64,000 nt of DNA from Verrucomicrobiaceae bacterium (GCA_015061955.1 SUVO01000001.1:2233-66232); one strand, 5' to 3'; shown: positions 51,956 through 63,237, counted from the first letter of the stretch. Numbers and translations: made by a program. The notes: generated by a model not told the origin, from the sequence alone.

Positions 51956-52720
51956 ATGCAAACATACCTATATTTATCGTTGTCACCAGAAGCGTTAATT
52001 GCATCGAATTTACCACCTAAAGAGTTTGGTTCGTATTTTGCAACTGGATCGTTGCGTAGAAATTATTCGCAGGCAATCTTCTTTGAAGTCGACAAAAATT
52101 TTGTCAGCGATTATCTTCCTGTTTCAAAGATCGATGATCTTTGTAAACCACACGCCGATGGCTCGCCACATAAGTCGGTTTATTTGTCGGTTTACAGAGT
52201 TTTAGAACATGTACCAATTAGTGCAATTGGTAAGTTGTATGTAGTAACAAGCGATGGTAAAACTTTAGAAATTTCAAGTGCCGAATATAAGCCAGAAAAC
52301 AAGGTGCATCCTTATATGTATCAAACGTTAGCACCTGCTCGTACACGCGTGGTTAGCATTTTGAATCCGAGTCAGTATGTTGCCGAAATTACATCGCAAG
52401 AAGCATTAGTGCGTTTCGATAAAATTGCTTTTTGCGATATGAAATTAGGTGAACTTGAAAACGATATTTACAATGGCGATATGTCGGTTTTACCATATAA
52501 AAATCAGTATCATTTGCGTGATTGTTTAATACAAGTTTCATCAAAAGGAGGTAAAAATAACAAGGTTTTGTTGCGTACTACAAGCGAGTTTCCATACAGA
52601 ATGATCCGTTCGGGATTTTTTGTCGGAGGTAAAGATGGCTTATTGTTTTACCCCATACCCTCTATTAAACAATTAGAAGACGAGCATTACGATTGGTGGC
52701 GTTCAGCTTCAATACAATAA
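51956..52720 (+). CDS. orphan hypothetical protein (254 aa, cytoplasmic)
   Basis: A monocistronic unit flanked by terminators at 51832-51863 and 52737-52768. No recognisable family. Confidence 0.35.
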   Translation: MQTYLYLSLSPEALIASNLPPKEFGSYFATGSLRRNYSQAIFFEVDKNFVSDYLPVSKIDDLCKPHADGSPHKSVYLSVYRVLEHVPISAIGKLYVVTSDGKTLEISSAEYKPENKVHPYMYQTLAPARTRVVSILNPSQYVAEITSQEALVRFDKIAFCDMKLGELENDIYNGDMSVLPYKNQYHLRDCLIQVSSKGGKNNKVLLRTTSEFPYRMIRSGFFVGGKDGLLFYPIPSIKQLEDEHYDWWRSASIQ

Positions 52721-52736
52721 ACTAAGCTTTTTATAT

Positions 52737-52768
52737 AAAAAATGAGATACATGTATCTCATTTTTTTT
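52737..52768 (+). terminator. perfect palindromic terminator
   Basis: aaaatgagatacatgtatctcatttttttt. Confidence 0.65.
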
Positions 52769-53015
52769 AAGAATTTTTGTTTTATAGTTTATCGAAATGA
52801 ATTAAAAAACTTTAAAAACTCAAACAAAGGTTATTTTATATGTTGTTTTTTTGTGGGTTTTGTTTGAAACGATATGTTTTGCATGTACTTATGAAAGAAA
52901 AAAAATTATTTAACTAAAAAAAAATGTTCGATATTTTTTTTATTTGTGTAAGACTTATTGTGAGAAAATTTTTATCTTTCGTTTTAGAAAGAACATTTAC
53001 AAACAAAAAGTAGAT

Positions 53016-55283
53016 ATGATTACATCAATAATAACAACAATGTCTGAATCGGCTATGATGTCGGCAACAGTTAATCCAGCGTTTTGGTTAGTTCCAATCG
53101 CTTCAGTAGTAGCGTTAGTTTTTGCGCTATTATTTTATAAAGGAATGAAGTCGGAAGAAGAAGGAACCGACATCATGAAAAAAATTGCCTTACACGTACG
53201 TCAAGGTGCATTGGCATATTTAAAACAACAATACAAAATAGTTGCTTGTGTATTTGTTGCTTTATTTCTCTTCTTTGCTTTTTTGGCATATGGCTTAGGT
53301 GTGCAGAACGAATGGGTACCGTTTGCTTTTATAACTGGTGGCTTTTTCTCTGGTTTGGCTGGGTTCTTTGGTATGAAAACTGCAACCTATGCATCGAATC
53401 GTGCTGCATATGCCGCTAAGAATTCCCTCGACCACGGATTGCGTGTTGCGTTTCGTTCTGGTGCAGTTATGGGGCTTGTCGTGGTGGGCTTAGCTTTGCT
53501 CGACATTTCTATTTGGTTTGTAATTCTAAACTATTTTATTGAAGATGCAAATCCAGCACATAAGATGATTATCATAACCACTACAATGCTCACTTTTGGT
53601 ATGGGGGCTAGTTTGCAAGCTTTGTTTGCTCGTGTTGGTGGTGGTATTTTCACAAAGGCTGCCGACGTAGGTGCAGACCTTGTTGGAAAAGTTGAAGCTG
53701 GAATCCCAGAAGACGATCCTCGCAATCCTGCTACTATTGCCGACAACGTAGGCGACAACGTAGGCGACGTTGCTGGTATGGGCGCTGACTTGTACGAATC
53801 GTACTGTGGCTCTATCTTAGCAACAGCTGCATTAGGTGCTGCTGCTTATATGACTAACGTTGATGTACAGATGAAAGCTGTGTTAGCGCCTATGATTATT
53901 GGTGCTATTGGTGTTGTGCTTTCTATTGTTGGTATTTACTTTGTACGCGTAAAACCTGGTGCCGACAGCAAACAACTTTTAGGTGCTTTAGGTAAGGGTG
54001 TAAATGCTAGTTCTATTTTAATTGCCATTGTTTCTGCTTTGATTTTATGGCAACTCGGTATGCCAAACTGGCTTGGCAACTGGGCTTCTATTATTACAGG
54101 TTTGATAACTGGTATTTTCATTGGCAAAATTACCGAGTACTATACTTCAGAAGCTTACTCGCCAACTCGTGGTATTGCCGAACAAGCAAAAACTGGTCCA
54201 GCAACTGTAATTATTGCTGGTATGGGTACTGGTATGATTTCTACATTCTATCCAGTTATGGCTATTGTTGTTGGTACTGCATTAGCATTTATTTTCTCAG
54301 CAGGTGGCGATTTCTCAAATATGTCGGAAGGTCTTTATGGCATAGGTATTGCTGCTGTTGGTATGTTATCAACTTTAGGCATTACTTTGGCTACGGATGC
54401 TTACGGCCCAATTGCTGACAATGCTGGTGGGAATGCAGAAATGTCGGGCTTGGGAAAAGAAGTTCGTCGTCGCACCGATATGCTCGATTCTCTCGGTAAT
54501 ACTACTGCCGCAACTGGCAAGGGTTTTGCTATTGGGTCGGCAGCATTGACTGCTCTTGCTCTATTGGCTTCGTATGTTGAAGAGCTTCGCATTGGTTTAG
54601 TTCGCATAAAGGGCAATGCAAACATTTCTGAATACGCTTCTTCTATCTTAGAAAAATTTGAGAAAGTTGGTGGTGTTCAAAACGCTTCACTACTCGATTT
54701 TATGAACATTTACGGCGTAAACTTGATGAATCCAAAAGTTCTTTTGGGTATGTTCATTGGTTCGATGATGTCGTTCCTTTTCTGTGGTCTTACAATGAAT
54801 GCTGTCGGACGCGCTGCCAACCAAATGGTAAACGAAGTTCGTCGTCAATTCCGTGAAAATCTCGGCATTATGCAAGGTACTTCTGATCCAGACTATGCTC
54901 GTTGTGTAGAAATTTCTACCAAGGCTGCTCAAAAAGAAATGCTTTTCCCTTCGTTATTAGCTGTTGCAACTCCTGTTATTACTGGATTAGTTTTTGGCGT
55001 AACTGGTGTTTTAGGACTCCTCGGTGGTGCTTTAGCTTCGGGGTTTGTTTTAGCTATATTTATGGCAAACAGTGGTGGTGCTTGGGACAACGCCAAGAAA
55101 TACATTGAACAAGACAATTTTGGAGGGAAAGGCTCTGAAGCCCACAAAGCTGCCGTTATTGGCGACACTGTTGGCGATCCATTCAAAGACACATCTGGTC
55201 CATCTTTGAACATTCTCATAAAGCTTATGAGCATGGTAGCCATTGTTATGGCAGGTGTAACGGTATCATTCTCTCTCCTTTAA
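53016..55283 (+). CDS. hppA: membrane-bound H+/Na+-translocating pyrophosphatase
   Basis: Signature motifs [20 protein letters not shown] and [17 protein letters not shown], and about 16 TM helices. The start is set at MITSII (53016). Confidence 0.9.
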   Translation: MITSIITTMSESAMMSATVNPAFWLVPIASVVALVFALLFYKGMKSEEEGTDIMKKIALHVRQGALAYLKQQYKIVACVFVALFLFFAFLAYGLGVQNEWVPFAFITGGFFSGLAGFFGMKTATYASNRAAYAAKNSLDHGLRVAFRSGAVMGLVVVGLALLDISIWFVILNYFIEDANPAHKMIIITTTMLTFGMGASLQALFARVGGGIFTKAADVGADLVGKVEAGIPEDDPRNPATIADNVGDNVGDVAGMGADLYESYCGSILATAALGAAAYMTNVDVQMKAVLAPMIIGAIGVVLSIVGIYFVRVKPGADSKQLLGALGKGVNASSILIAIVSALILWQLGMPNWLGNWASIITGLITGIFIGKITEYYTSEAYSPTRGIAEQAKTGPATVIIAGMGTGMISTFYPVMAIVVGTALAFIFSAGGDFSNMSEGLYGIGIAAVGMLSTLGITLATDAYGPIADNAGGNAEMSGLGKEVRRRTDMLDSLGNTTAATGKGFAIGSAALTALALLASYVEELRIGLVRIKGNANISEYASSILEKFEKVGGVQNASLLDFMNIYGVNLMNPKVLLGMFIGSMMSFLFCGLTMNAVGRAANQMVNEVRRQFRENLGIMQGTSDPDYARCVEISTKAAQKEMLFPSLLAVATPVITGLVFGVTGVLGLLGGALASGFVLAIFMANSGGAWDNAKKYIEQDNFGGKGSEAHKAAVIGDTVGDPFKDTSGPSLNILIKLMSMVAIVMAGVTVSFSLL

Positions 55284-55810
55284 AAAAACGTGTGTGGACG
55301 CACCACGAGGGCAATATTTTTTATTATAATGATGAAAGGCAATTCTTCGGAATTGCCTTTTTTTGTATTAGCTTGCCCTCGTGGTGCTTGTAGCTAAAAA
55401 CGCACTTTTGCATCGACTCACGACCACAGGTCGCTCACGCTCGCAAAAGCACGTTTTTAGCAGACACCACACACGTTTTTTGTTTCTGTTTCTTACGTTG
55501 ATTCTAATCTGAGGGCAATATTTTTTATTATAATGATGAAAGGCAATTCTTAGAATTGCCTTTTTTTGTATTTAAATTCGCAAAGTGGTGCTTGTAGCTA
55601 AAAACGCACTTTTGTATCGACTCACGACCAAAGGTCGCTCACGCTCGCAAAAGCAACGTTCTAAGCACATGTCTCTCACGTTTTTTATTTCCGTTTCTAA
55701 GTTGGTTCTAATTTGATATAGTTAGACAAAGAAGCTATTGCAAAGCAATCTTCGCCATTTCCCAACATATAATAAAAAGTTTGCCCTCGTGGTGCTTGTA
55801 GCTAAAAATG
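55283..55810. repeat. intergenic mosaic of repeat modules (D, C, D, C, F, D-tail) at a convergent junction
   Basis: Module D at 55300-55400 and 55511-55606. Module C at 55402-55508 and 55607-55715. Module F at 55716-55775. D-tail at 55779-55808. A 14-bp inverted repeat aaaaacgtgtgtgg / ccacacacgttttt at 55285-55298 and 55470-55483 brackets the first D+C unit. Confidence 0.7.
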
Positions 55811-55818
55811 AACAATTT

Positions 55819-58212
55819 TTAAAATCTAAGAATTGTATAAGAATAAGGTTTTGCCTTGAAGGTTTTTGTACTATCGAACTGCCAAATATATTCAACTGGG
55901 CTGATATGTTCGGGAGCATAAGGTGTGTTTTCATCTTTGCAATTTCCCAAAATTGTAGTAGCTTTTGCTTTTGATGTACTACCAGCGAAATTTGATATAT
56001 TTATCGGCACATCTATTTCTTCCATTGTTGGATTTACAATATAAACAGCTAATGTTTTACCTTGTTCATCGGTTGCTGCCGATACAATTAGTTTATTATG
56101 TTCCGATGTTTTTACTACGCGTGGAAGTAGGTTTTGCGAATCCATTTTCTGAACATGGAACGATGGTTGGCCAAATGCTTTATTTTGGTCGAAGAACACA
56201 ATGCCTTGGTGCCAACCATTGAAGTTTTGTTTGTAGGCTTCGAGTGCGTTAGCTGGGCAAGTAGCAATTACAAAGTCCATATTCTTGCGTACTGTTTGCA
56301 AAATTCCAGCGTGCGATATAGCTCGTTGATGATTACAAATTGAGCCATTTTCCTCGAGGATAATCACACGCATTTTATGGTCGGGTTTGAATTTCTTGAA
56401 AGAGTCGCGCCAATGTTTAATAGTGCGTTCCAAATTTTTTCCGCTATTGATATTATTTACCCATGGGTGCATATCCCAAAAATCTGCAATGCCATCGAGT
56501 TCATTTAGAACGTATTTCATTATTTCAGGGATTTTATCGTTCCACCAGCACGCATGGATAATTTTTATAGACGGATCTTTTTTCTTTATGACTTCGGCTA
56601 ACAACTTTATGCGTTTTACAGTATATTCGTAATTTTCTTTATATGGGTCGATTATACATTCTTCGTTGCCGAGTTCTATATATTTTATTTTGTATGGTTC
56701 GGGGTATCCGTCTTTAGCACGTTTTGCTCCCCATTTTGTAGATGTATCGCCATTGAAATAGTCTATCATATCGGCAACATCTTCGGGAGTTTCATCTACA
56801 TTTATTGCAAATACGGGTTCTGCTCCCATAGCTTTGCAGAACTTCGTAAACTCAATAACACCAAAGCCCAGCGTTGCATAACGATACCAGTGCCCCCTGA
56901 ATGTTGGGCGTTTATCTTTGTCGCCATACATCGACTTAAATTTGTAATTTGGATTATTTACCATTGTACCTCCATAACGGAGTATACCCAAGTTTTGTTC
57001 AGCCATTTTATCAGCTATATCGGGACGAACATTTGCCATATTACGCCACAATTTTGAGCGATGCAAATATGCCATATCGAGTGCTATTTTACCTTTTCCT
57101 TGTAGTATTATAGAAAATTCATTTACATCTTGAGCGTATTTTTTATTTATTTTGAATGGATATTTTTTTATTTCGCCATTTGAATTTTTGTCTACTTTTA
57201 GCTCAACTTTATTACCTGTAATTTCTACAAAAACTTTTGCGTTTTCATCGAGGTTTGTACGCATTGTTATAAAGCCTTCAAACTCTTCATTGTCTTTTAC
57301 AGGAAAACCATTCCCATTTTTGAATGTTCCTAAATTTGTTATTTGAGCTACCGACGAATCATCTAAACCTTCTACAATTTGTAGCGTACGATTATTTTCG
57401 TGGGCAATTTGAAAATTTGCATTGTTGCTGTTTTCCGACCTAATCCAACGTCCACTAATTTGAGCTTTACTTGAATATCCAGCTAATGGACTATAAAAGT
57501 TTTTTCCGTTGCCAGTAAATTTAAAATTTCTAATACCACTGATTTCCCCTGGGTCTGTGTTATAACCAATGCCGAAGTAGCCCTTGCGAAGTGGTTTTAA
57601 ATCGGGGTAGTGTGCTACAACTTTGCCATTGAGCTTTACTTCGAGACCATTTTTATGCGATATTTTTGCACCAAAAGTATTCCACTTTTCAAATTCATAA
57701 TTTACGGGTGTCTTGCGTAAATATTTGCGATTAGCTCCAAAAATTATTATTTCACGCTGACGAATATCTACATAATAAGTATCCATTTCTCCCAGATTTT
57801 TATTATCTGGATATGTTCCATTGAGCATAAGAATTGGTTTATGTGGTTTGGGCGACATCTCTACGGAAATCTCGCCTTCTTCGGCTTGTTCTTTATACAA
57901 TAGCACTGCAATTTCTGAGCTTGGATCGCCTTCTGTGTGTGTTGGCAGTGTACGCCACGAGCCATGAGCAACTTCAAATTCAGGTGGAATTGCACCTTCT
58001 GGTGGTTCTTCAAAGCGTTCGCCGAAAATCATTTGACCATAAAGACCACCATAGACTTCATGATTGAGATCTTCCAAACATGCACCATGTAGGAAGTTTG
58101 TTGCTGTTTGAATTTGCTTAGAACAATCTACATCGATAGATTGCGTTTGTGCATTTAAACAAATTGTTGCTCCTATAATAGAAGCTATTGTAATTATTTT
58201 TTTGTATTTCAT
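55819..58212 (-). CDS. large secreted glycoside hydrolase with an N-terminal beta-sandwich plus TIM-barrel (GH51/GH39-like)
   Basis: Signal peptide and 797 aa, with an ELGNEE-type acid/base block (KYIELGNEECI) in the C-terminal half. Sits beside a GH43 gene. The family is uncertain. Confidence 0.4.
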   Translation of the reverse strand: MKYKKIITIASIIGATICLNAQTQSIDVDCSKQIQTATNFLHGACLEDLNHEVYGGLYGQMIFGERFEEPPEGAIPPEFEVAHGSWRTLPTHTEGDPSSEIAVLLYKEQAEEGEISVEMSPKPHKPILMLNGTYPDNKNLGEMDTYYVDIRQREIIIFGANRKYLRKTPVNYEFEKWNTFGAKISHKNGLEVKLNGKVVAHYPDLKPLRKGYFGIGYNTDPGEISGIRNFKFTGNGKNFYSPLAGYSSKAQISGRWIRSENSNNANFQIAHENNRTLQIVEGLDDSSVAQITNLGTFKNGNGFPVKDNEEFEGFITMRTNLDENAKVFVEITGNKVELKVDKNSNGEIKKYPFKINKKYAQDVNEFSIILQGKGKIALDMAYLHRSKLWRNMANVRPDIADKMAEQNLGILRYGGTMVNNPNYKFKSMYGDKDKRPTFRGHWYRYATLGFGVIEFTKFCKAMGAEPVFAINVDETPEDVADMIDYFNGDTSTKWGAKRAKDGYPEPYKIKYIELGNEECIIDPYKENYEYTVKRIKLLAEVIKKKDPSIKIIHACWWNDKIPEIMKYVLNELDGIADFWDMHPWVNNINSGKNLERTIKHWRDSFKKFKPDHKMRVIILEENGSICNHQRAISHAGILQTVRKNMDFVIATCPANALEAYKQNFNGWHQGIVFFDQNKAFGQPSFHVQKMDSQNLLPRVVKTSEHNKLIVSAATDEQGKTLAVYIVNPTMEEIDVPINISNFAGSTSKAKATTILGNCKDENTPYAPEHISPVEYIWQFDSTKTFKAKPYSYTILRF

Positions 58213-58216
58213 TTTT

Positions 58217-59248
58217 TTATTTTAAAGTTCTTGCTTTTACACCTTTGAAAGTCATTTTTACTGGTTTAATTTTTCCGTCTTTATCGAAGTAAAGTCTATC
58301 GATGCAAGTCATTCTATGGTCTCTATGATAGTTTGGTATTGGGCGACGATGATAACAAATATACCAATCGTCAGTGTTTGGGTAGTTGAATACCGAGTGA
58401 TGCCCCGCACCTGTTGCAACATTTTCATCGTTTTCAAGAACTGCTCCTAAGCGTTCAAACGGACCAAATGGGGTATCGGCAATTCCGTATGCAACCTTGT
58501 ATGTGCCTTTTGTCCAATTGCCTTCCGACCACATAAAGTACCACTTGCCTTTGCGTTCAAACATAACAGAGCCTTCAACATAACCTTGTGGAGTCATATC
58601 TTTGTACATTGAGCCGTCTGGAAATGGCTTGAGCGATTTGAAATCGTCAGCCAACTGAACTAAGTTGCATTTTCGCCAACCACCATAAATCATGTACCAT
58701 TGATTTTTATATTTGAAAACGTATTGGTCGATTGGTTGTGCAATGTTCCAAAATTTGTCGATTAGAGGTTTACCGATTAGGTCTTTATACGGACCTTCGG
58801 GTTTATCGGCAACTGCTACACCAATGCCTCCGTATTTTTTGTCGGTAGTTTTACGGACAGTCATATCGCCACCTTTACGATCAATAGGGTAGGCGTCGTT
58901 GCCCGAAAAGAACAGATAATATTTGCCGTCTTTCTCGATTGAATCAGGTGCCCATAAGCAACTGTTGACCCATTTTAGTTCTTTATTGTCGATAATTCGT
59001 TGATGTTTTGTCCAAGTAACCAAGTCAGGAGAACTAAAGCAATCAAAGAACACTTGATTTTTAAATAAACCTGAAGTTGTTGGAAAAATCCAATACTTGC
59101 CTTCGTAAATTCTTATTTGAGGATCTGCATACCAACCGTCGATAACAGGATTTCCTGAGTATCCACGTTCTCGTTCCAACATTTTTGCCGACAACGAAGT
59201 AGCTGTAATTCCCAATAATAAACATATAATAGACTTTATAGATTTCAT
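58217..59248 (-). CDS. glycoside hydrolase family 43 (beta-xylosidase or alpha-L-arabinofuranosidase type)
   Basis: Signal peptide, a GWYADPQIR N-terminal block (GH43 catalytic Asp region) and the size of a five-bladed propeller domain. Confidence 0.6.
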   Translation of the reverse strand: MKSIKSIICLLLGITATSLSAKMLERERGYSGNPVIDGWYADPQIRIYEGKYWIFPTTSGLFKNQVFFDCFSSPDLVTWTKHQRIIDNKELKWVNSCLWAPDSIEKDGKYYLFFSGNDAYPIDRKGGDMTVRKTTDKKYGGIGVAVADKPEGPYKDLIGKPLIDKFWNIAQPIDQYVFKYKNQWYMIYGGWRKCNLVQLADDFKSLKPFPDGSMYKDMTPQGYVEGSVMFERKGKWYFMWSEGNWTKGTYKVAYGIADTPFGPFERLGAVLENDENVATGAGHHSVFNYPNTDDWYICYHRRPIPNYHRDHRMTCIDRLYFDKDGKIKPVKMTFKGVKARTLK

Positions 59249-59325
59249 AATCTTATTTTCTGTTTCTTTAAAAAAATGTCAATTCTACTTTGATAAAAAT
59301 ATGGTTGATTGACACTTTCTTTTAA

Positions 59326-60789
59326 TTGATAATGCGTTGTATGTTTAATGAAAAAGTAAAATTACCACCAGTGTGGATATCGCTTATTCCGTTGGTACTA
59401 TTAGTTGTGCTGATTGGTTGTGTTGTGTATGTGTTTGGAAGCAATTCGCTTGCTGGAGCAAGTCAGATTTCATTGTTGATTGCATCAGCAATGTCAGTGG
59501 GGTTAGGTATGTTTTTTAAGCACATAACGTGGGCTGATTTTGAGAAGTCTGTAGCCGATAAAATTGGTGGAGTTTCGCAAGCTATTATTATTCTACTAAT
59601 GATAGGTGCTTTAGGTGGTGCATGGATGGTAAGTGGTATTGTGCCAACTATGATTTACTATGGTTTGCAAATTCTAACACCAGAATGTTTCTTGGCTATA
59701 ACTTGTTTTGTGTGTGCTATTGTATCGGTTGTGACAGGAAGCTCGTGGACAACAGTTGCAACTATTGGTGTTGCTTTAATTGGCATTGGTAGAGCATTAG
59801 GAATAAGTGATGGTTGGATAGCTGGTGCTATTATTTCTGGTGCGTATTTTGGCGATAAAATATCGCCTTTGAGCGATACTACTGTGTTGGCATCATCAAC
59901 TGTGGGAACTCCGTTATTCACACACATTAGATATATGCTCTATACAACTATACCCACATTTATGATTGCGTTGGCTATTTATGTTACGTACGGTCTTTGT
60001 CATGATGTATCGGCTTCAACATCTGTTGATTCTTATCTTAATGCTATATCGAGTACATTTTACATATCTCCTGTATTGCTTATTGTTCCCATTATTACAG
60101 GTATTATGATTGCAAAGAAAATGCCTTCTATTATGGTTTTATTTTTGGCAACAATGATAGCTGTGTTTGTTGCAATAATTGCTCAACCACATTTGTTAAG
60201 TGAAATTTCAGGTTGTAAAGATGGTGGTATTATATCGCATTTTAAAGGTGCAATGATTATAGTTTACGGAAGTACTGGTATCGATACTGGGTTGTCTGAA
60301 CTGAACAATTTAGTTTCTACACGTGGAATGGCTGGTATGATGAGCACTATTTGGCTGATATTGTGCGCTATGGTTTTTGGTGGTGCAATGACTGTTACTG
60401 GAATGCTTGAAAGTATAATGCGTTTGTTTTTGCGATTTGTGAAAACTACAGTTAGTGCAGTTGCATCGACTGTATGTGTTGGTAGCTTTTTGAATACAAT
60501 TTGTGGTGATCAATATTTATCTATTATTTTAACTTCGAGTATGTTTAAAAATGTTTACGAGCAAGAAGGCTACGAAGCACGTCTTCTGAGCCGAACGGTA
60601 GAAGATTCAGTAACCGTTACATCGGTGTTAGTTCCATGGAATACTTGTGGTATGACACAAGCAACAGTGTTGGGAGTATCAGTTTTGGCTTTTGCACCTT
60701 ATGCGTTCTTTAATTTGTTAAGTCCACTTATGTCTATTATCGTGGCTGCAAGTGGATACAAGATTTATAGAAATGTATTAAAAAAATAA
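59326..60789 (+). CDS. Na+/H+ antiporter NhaC family
   Basis: About 12 TM helices with NhaC-like organisation and length. Confidence 0.6.
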   Translation: MIMRCMFNEKVKLPPVWISLIPLVLLVVLIGCVVYVFGSNSLAGASQISLLIASAMSVGLGMFFKHITWADFEKSVADKIGGVSQAIIILLMIGALGGAWMVSGIVPTMIYYGLQILTPECFLAITCFVCAIVSVVTGSSWTTVATIGVALIGIGRALGISDGWIAGAIISGAYFGDKISPLSDTTVLASSTVGTPLFTHIRYMLYTTIPTFMIALAIYVTYGLCHDVSASTSVDSYLNAISSTFYISPVLLIVPIITGIMIAKKMPSIMVLFLATMIAVFVAIIAQPHLLSEISGCKDGGIISHFKGAMIIVYGSTGIDTGLSELNNLVSTRGMAGMMSTIWLILCAMVFGGAMTVTGMLESIMRLFLRFVKTTVSAVASTVCVGSFLNTICGDQYLSIILTSSMFKNVYEQEGYEARLLSRTVEDSVTVTSVLVPWNTCGMTQATVLGVSVLAFAPYAFFNLLSPLMSIIVAASGYKIYRNVLKK

Positions 60790-60843
60790 AAAGCAATATT
60801 GACCTATTTAAATATAAGACTAACATTTTTTTTTAATTTATAT

Positions 60844-61317
60844 ATGAAACTAAAAGATAGAATAAAGGAGTTTTATAAAAAGATTGTGGGTGAAGATGCT
60901 TCGCCTGAATTTATTGCTCGTGGTTGGGCAATTGGAATGTTCTATGGTTGTTTAATTCCATTTGGTTTACAACTTATATTGTCGATTCCTACTGCGTTTA
61001 TTTTAAAGGGAAGCAAAGTTGGTGCTACGATTGGTACATTTATTACAAATCACTTTACTGTTTTTGTAATATATCCGTTGCAGTGTTATGTAGGAAGCAT
61101 AATTTTACGAAATGGATTATCCTACGATATAATAAAAGATGCAATGCTTAAGGTTATAAACGAACAAACTTACGATAGTTTGGTTTCGTGTGGAGCCGAT
61201 TTAGTTTACTCGTTTTTTATGGGTGGGTTTTTACTTACTGCAATTATGACTCCTATTACATATATTGGGGTTTTATATATGGTAAAGAGCTATCGTAGTA
61301 AGAAAGAACAACAATAG
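60844..61317 (+). CDS. DUF2062-like small membrane protein
   Basis: Start at MKLKDRIKEF; three or four TM helices. Confidence 0.35.
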   Translation: MKLKDRIKEFYKKIVGEDASPEFIARGWAIGMFYGCLIPFGLQLILSIPTAFILKGSKVGATIGTFITNHFTVFVIYPLQCYVGSIILRNGLSYDIIKDAMLKVINEQTYDSLVSCGADLVYSFFMGGFLLTAIMTPITYIGVLYMVKSYRSKKEQQ

Positions 61318-61372
61318 TTTACACAAAAAAATGCTGAATATTATTCAGCATTTTTTTTATGTGTTAATATTT

Positions 61373-63085
61373 TTAAGCTTGTTGATTATTTGTATTTTCA
61401 ACATTTCTACGAACACGAGGGATTTTATCGTAGAACTTGCCAGCTCTGTCGATAATATTGAACAGGTTTTTAGCAACCTTGCGAATCGATTCTAACAATT
61501 CGAGGTACAAAATACCAATTTCAGGGCGACATGTACCCGAATTTACACGCGAAACGTGTTCGGCTTCAACATTGTTTAAAGTTTCGACAATAGAAGCTCT
61601 TATTTTTAGAGCATTTTTAGATGCCTCTTGCGACTTTGTTTCTAATAGAACTATAGCACATTGTGCAAGCGATTCTAACTTTTGATGTAAATCGTTATAT
61701 TCTGTTTCTGCATTTGGACTGAAAGTATACTTATTTTTCTTTATACGATTCATAATATCGCGTATACCCTCAGCTAAGTCGCCAATGCGTTCGGCATCGT
61801 TAGTGCAGTGTAGGAGCATTGGAATTTGGTCGGCTTCTTCCGATGTTAAATCGCACTGCATCAGTTTTGCAAGATATTGGGTGATGTCTTTTTGACGTGT
61901 ATCTACATCGTTTTCACTTGTATCAAGACTCTTGAGGAATTCTTGATTTTTTTCATCGTTTTTATTATATATGTTGAGCGTGCAATCTGCCATTTTCCAC
62001 GATTTTTTCAACATTTTACGCAACGCAGACGCAGCTTGTGCCAATGCAATAGGTGGTGTCGACAACAAGCTTGGTTCAAGACGCTGATAACGAACGCGTT
62101 CGTTACCAATTGGGATAACTTTTTCGCATATTTTTGCAAATGTAGGCACAAATGCTATTAGTACTATTGTTGTACATACGTTGAATAATGTGTGGGCATT
62201 TGCAATCTGGCGAGGCAAATCGCCACCCTTTGAAAACCATTCAACTGCTTTAAAAAATATTGGTTCTCCATCTATCGTGAACCAGAATGTGCAAACTATA
62301 ATAAGAACACCCATTAAATTAAAAAGAGTGTGTGCCAAAGCTGTTTGTTTTGCAATTCTGTTTGCTGGTATTGCCGCAAGCTGAGCAGTTATTGTTGTGC
62401 CGATGTTTGAACCTAATACTAAAGCAACTGCTGTATAAATATCTACCAAACCACTTGCACCTAAGGCAACCACAATACCCGAACAAGCCGATGAACTTTG
62501 AATTACAAACGTTGCTATCATACCTATTGCAATAGCTCCGAAAAGCTCAATAGGTGGAATAACACCATTTACTGGAGCACACTTGAATGTTTGAAAAGCT
62601 TGTTTGAAAGCTGGATCTTCTGCCAGAGTTTTAAGTTCGTTGCTCATCATTTCCATACCCAAGAACAAGAAGCCCAAACCTATGATAGTTGCACTCCAGT
62701 TGCTTATAGTACGCTTTGGAATAAAGCTCAAGACCAACCCCAATATAATAGATGGCATAATAATCCAACTAATATCGAATGCTACTAATTGAGCAGTTAT
62801 TGTAGTACCTATATTAGCACCAAAAATAATGCTGATTGCCTGAACTAAACTGAGCAAACCAGCATTAACAAAACCAATAACCATAACTGTACTTGCACTC
62901 GAAGATTGTATAACTGCCGTAACAGTTGCCCCCGATACAACCCCGACAAATCTGTTTGCCGAGAATAAGCGGAGAATTGTACGCATACGTTCTCCCGCTA
63001 CATGATGAAGCCCATCGCTCATAAGCTTCATTCCGAATATGAATATGGCTAAACCACCAAATACTTGTAATAATAGTTCTGTCAT
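61373..63085 (-). CDS. Na+/phosphate cotransporter (NptA/YjbB family) with a C-terminal PhoU-like domain
   Basis: An N-terminal Na_Pi_cotrans repeat pair (GANIGTT x2) and a C-terminal PhoU-like helical domain. Confidence 0.75.
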   Translation of the reverse strand: MTELLLQVFGGLAIFIFGMKLMSDGLHHVAGERMRTILRLFSANRFVGVVSGATVTAVIQSSSASTVMVIGFVNAGLLSLVQAISIIFGANIGTTITAQLVAFDISWIIMPSIILGLVLSFIPKRTISNWSATIIGLGFLFLGMEMMSNELKTLAEDPAFKQAFQTFKCAPVNGVIPPIELFGAIAIGMIATFVIQSSSACSGIVVALGASGLVDIYTAVALVLGSNIGTTITAQLAAIPANRIAKQTALAHTLFNLMGVLIIVCTFWFTIDGEPIFFKAVEWFSKGGDLPRQIANAHTLFNVCTTIVLIAFVPTFAKICEKVIPIGNERVRYQRLEPSLLSTPPIALAQAASALRKMLKKSWKMADCTLNIYNKNDEKNQEFLKSLDTSENDVDTRQKDITQYLAKLMQCDLTSEEADQIPMLLHCTNDAERIGDLAEGIRDIMNRIKKNKYTFSPNAETEYNDLHQKLESLAQCAIVLLETKSQEASKNALKIRASIVETLNNVEAEHVSRVNSGTCRPEIGILYLELLESIRKVAKNLFNIIDRAGKFYDKIPRVRRNVENTNNQQA

Positions 63086-63169
63086 AAAATAATCAGTTCA
63101 GTAGTGTGGCAATTTTTTTATTCTTGTAAAGATTTTTCGTAAAATTATGTTTTGAGGTTGTCGGGGAAT

Positions 63170-63200
63170 GAAAAAAGACTAAGATTTGTTCTTAGTCTTT
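63170..63200 (-). terminator. terminator for the small chimeric ORF (minus strand)
   Basis: agactaag, loop atttgtt, cttagtct, followed by TTTTTT on the minus strand. Confidence 0.5.
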
Positions 63201-63237
63201 AAGTTGTTTATTAGTAATGTTTTATCTTGTTGTTTTG

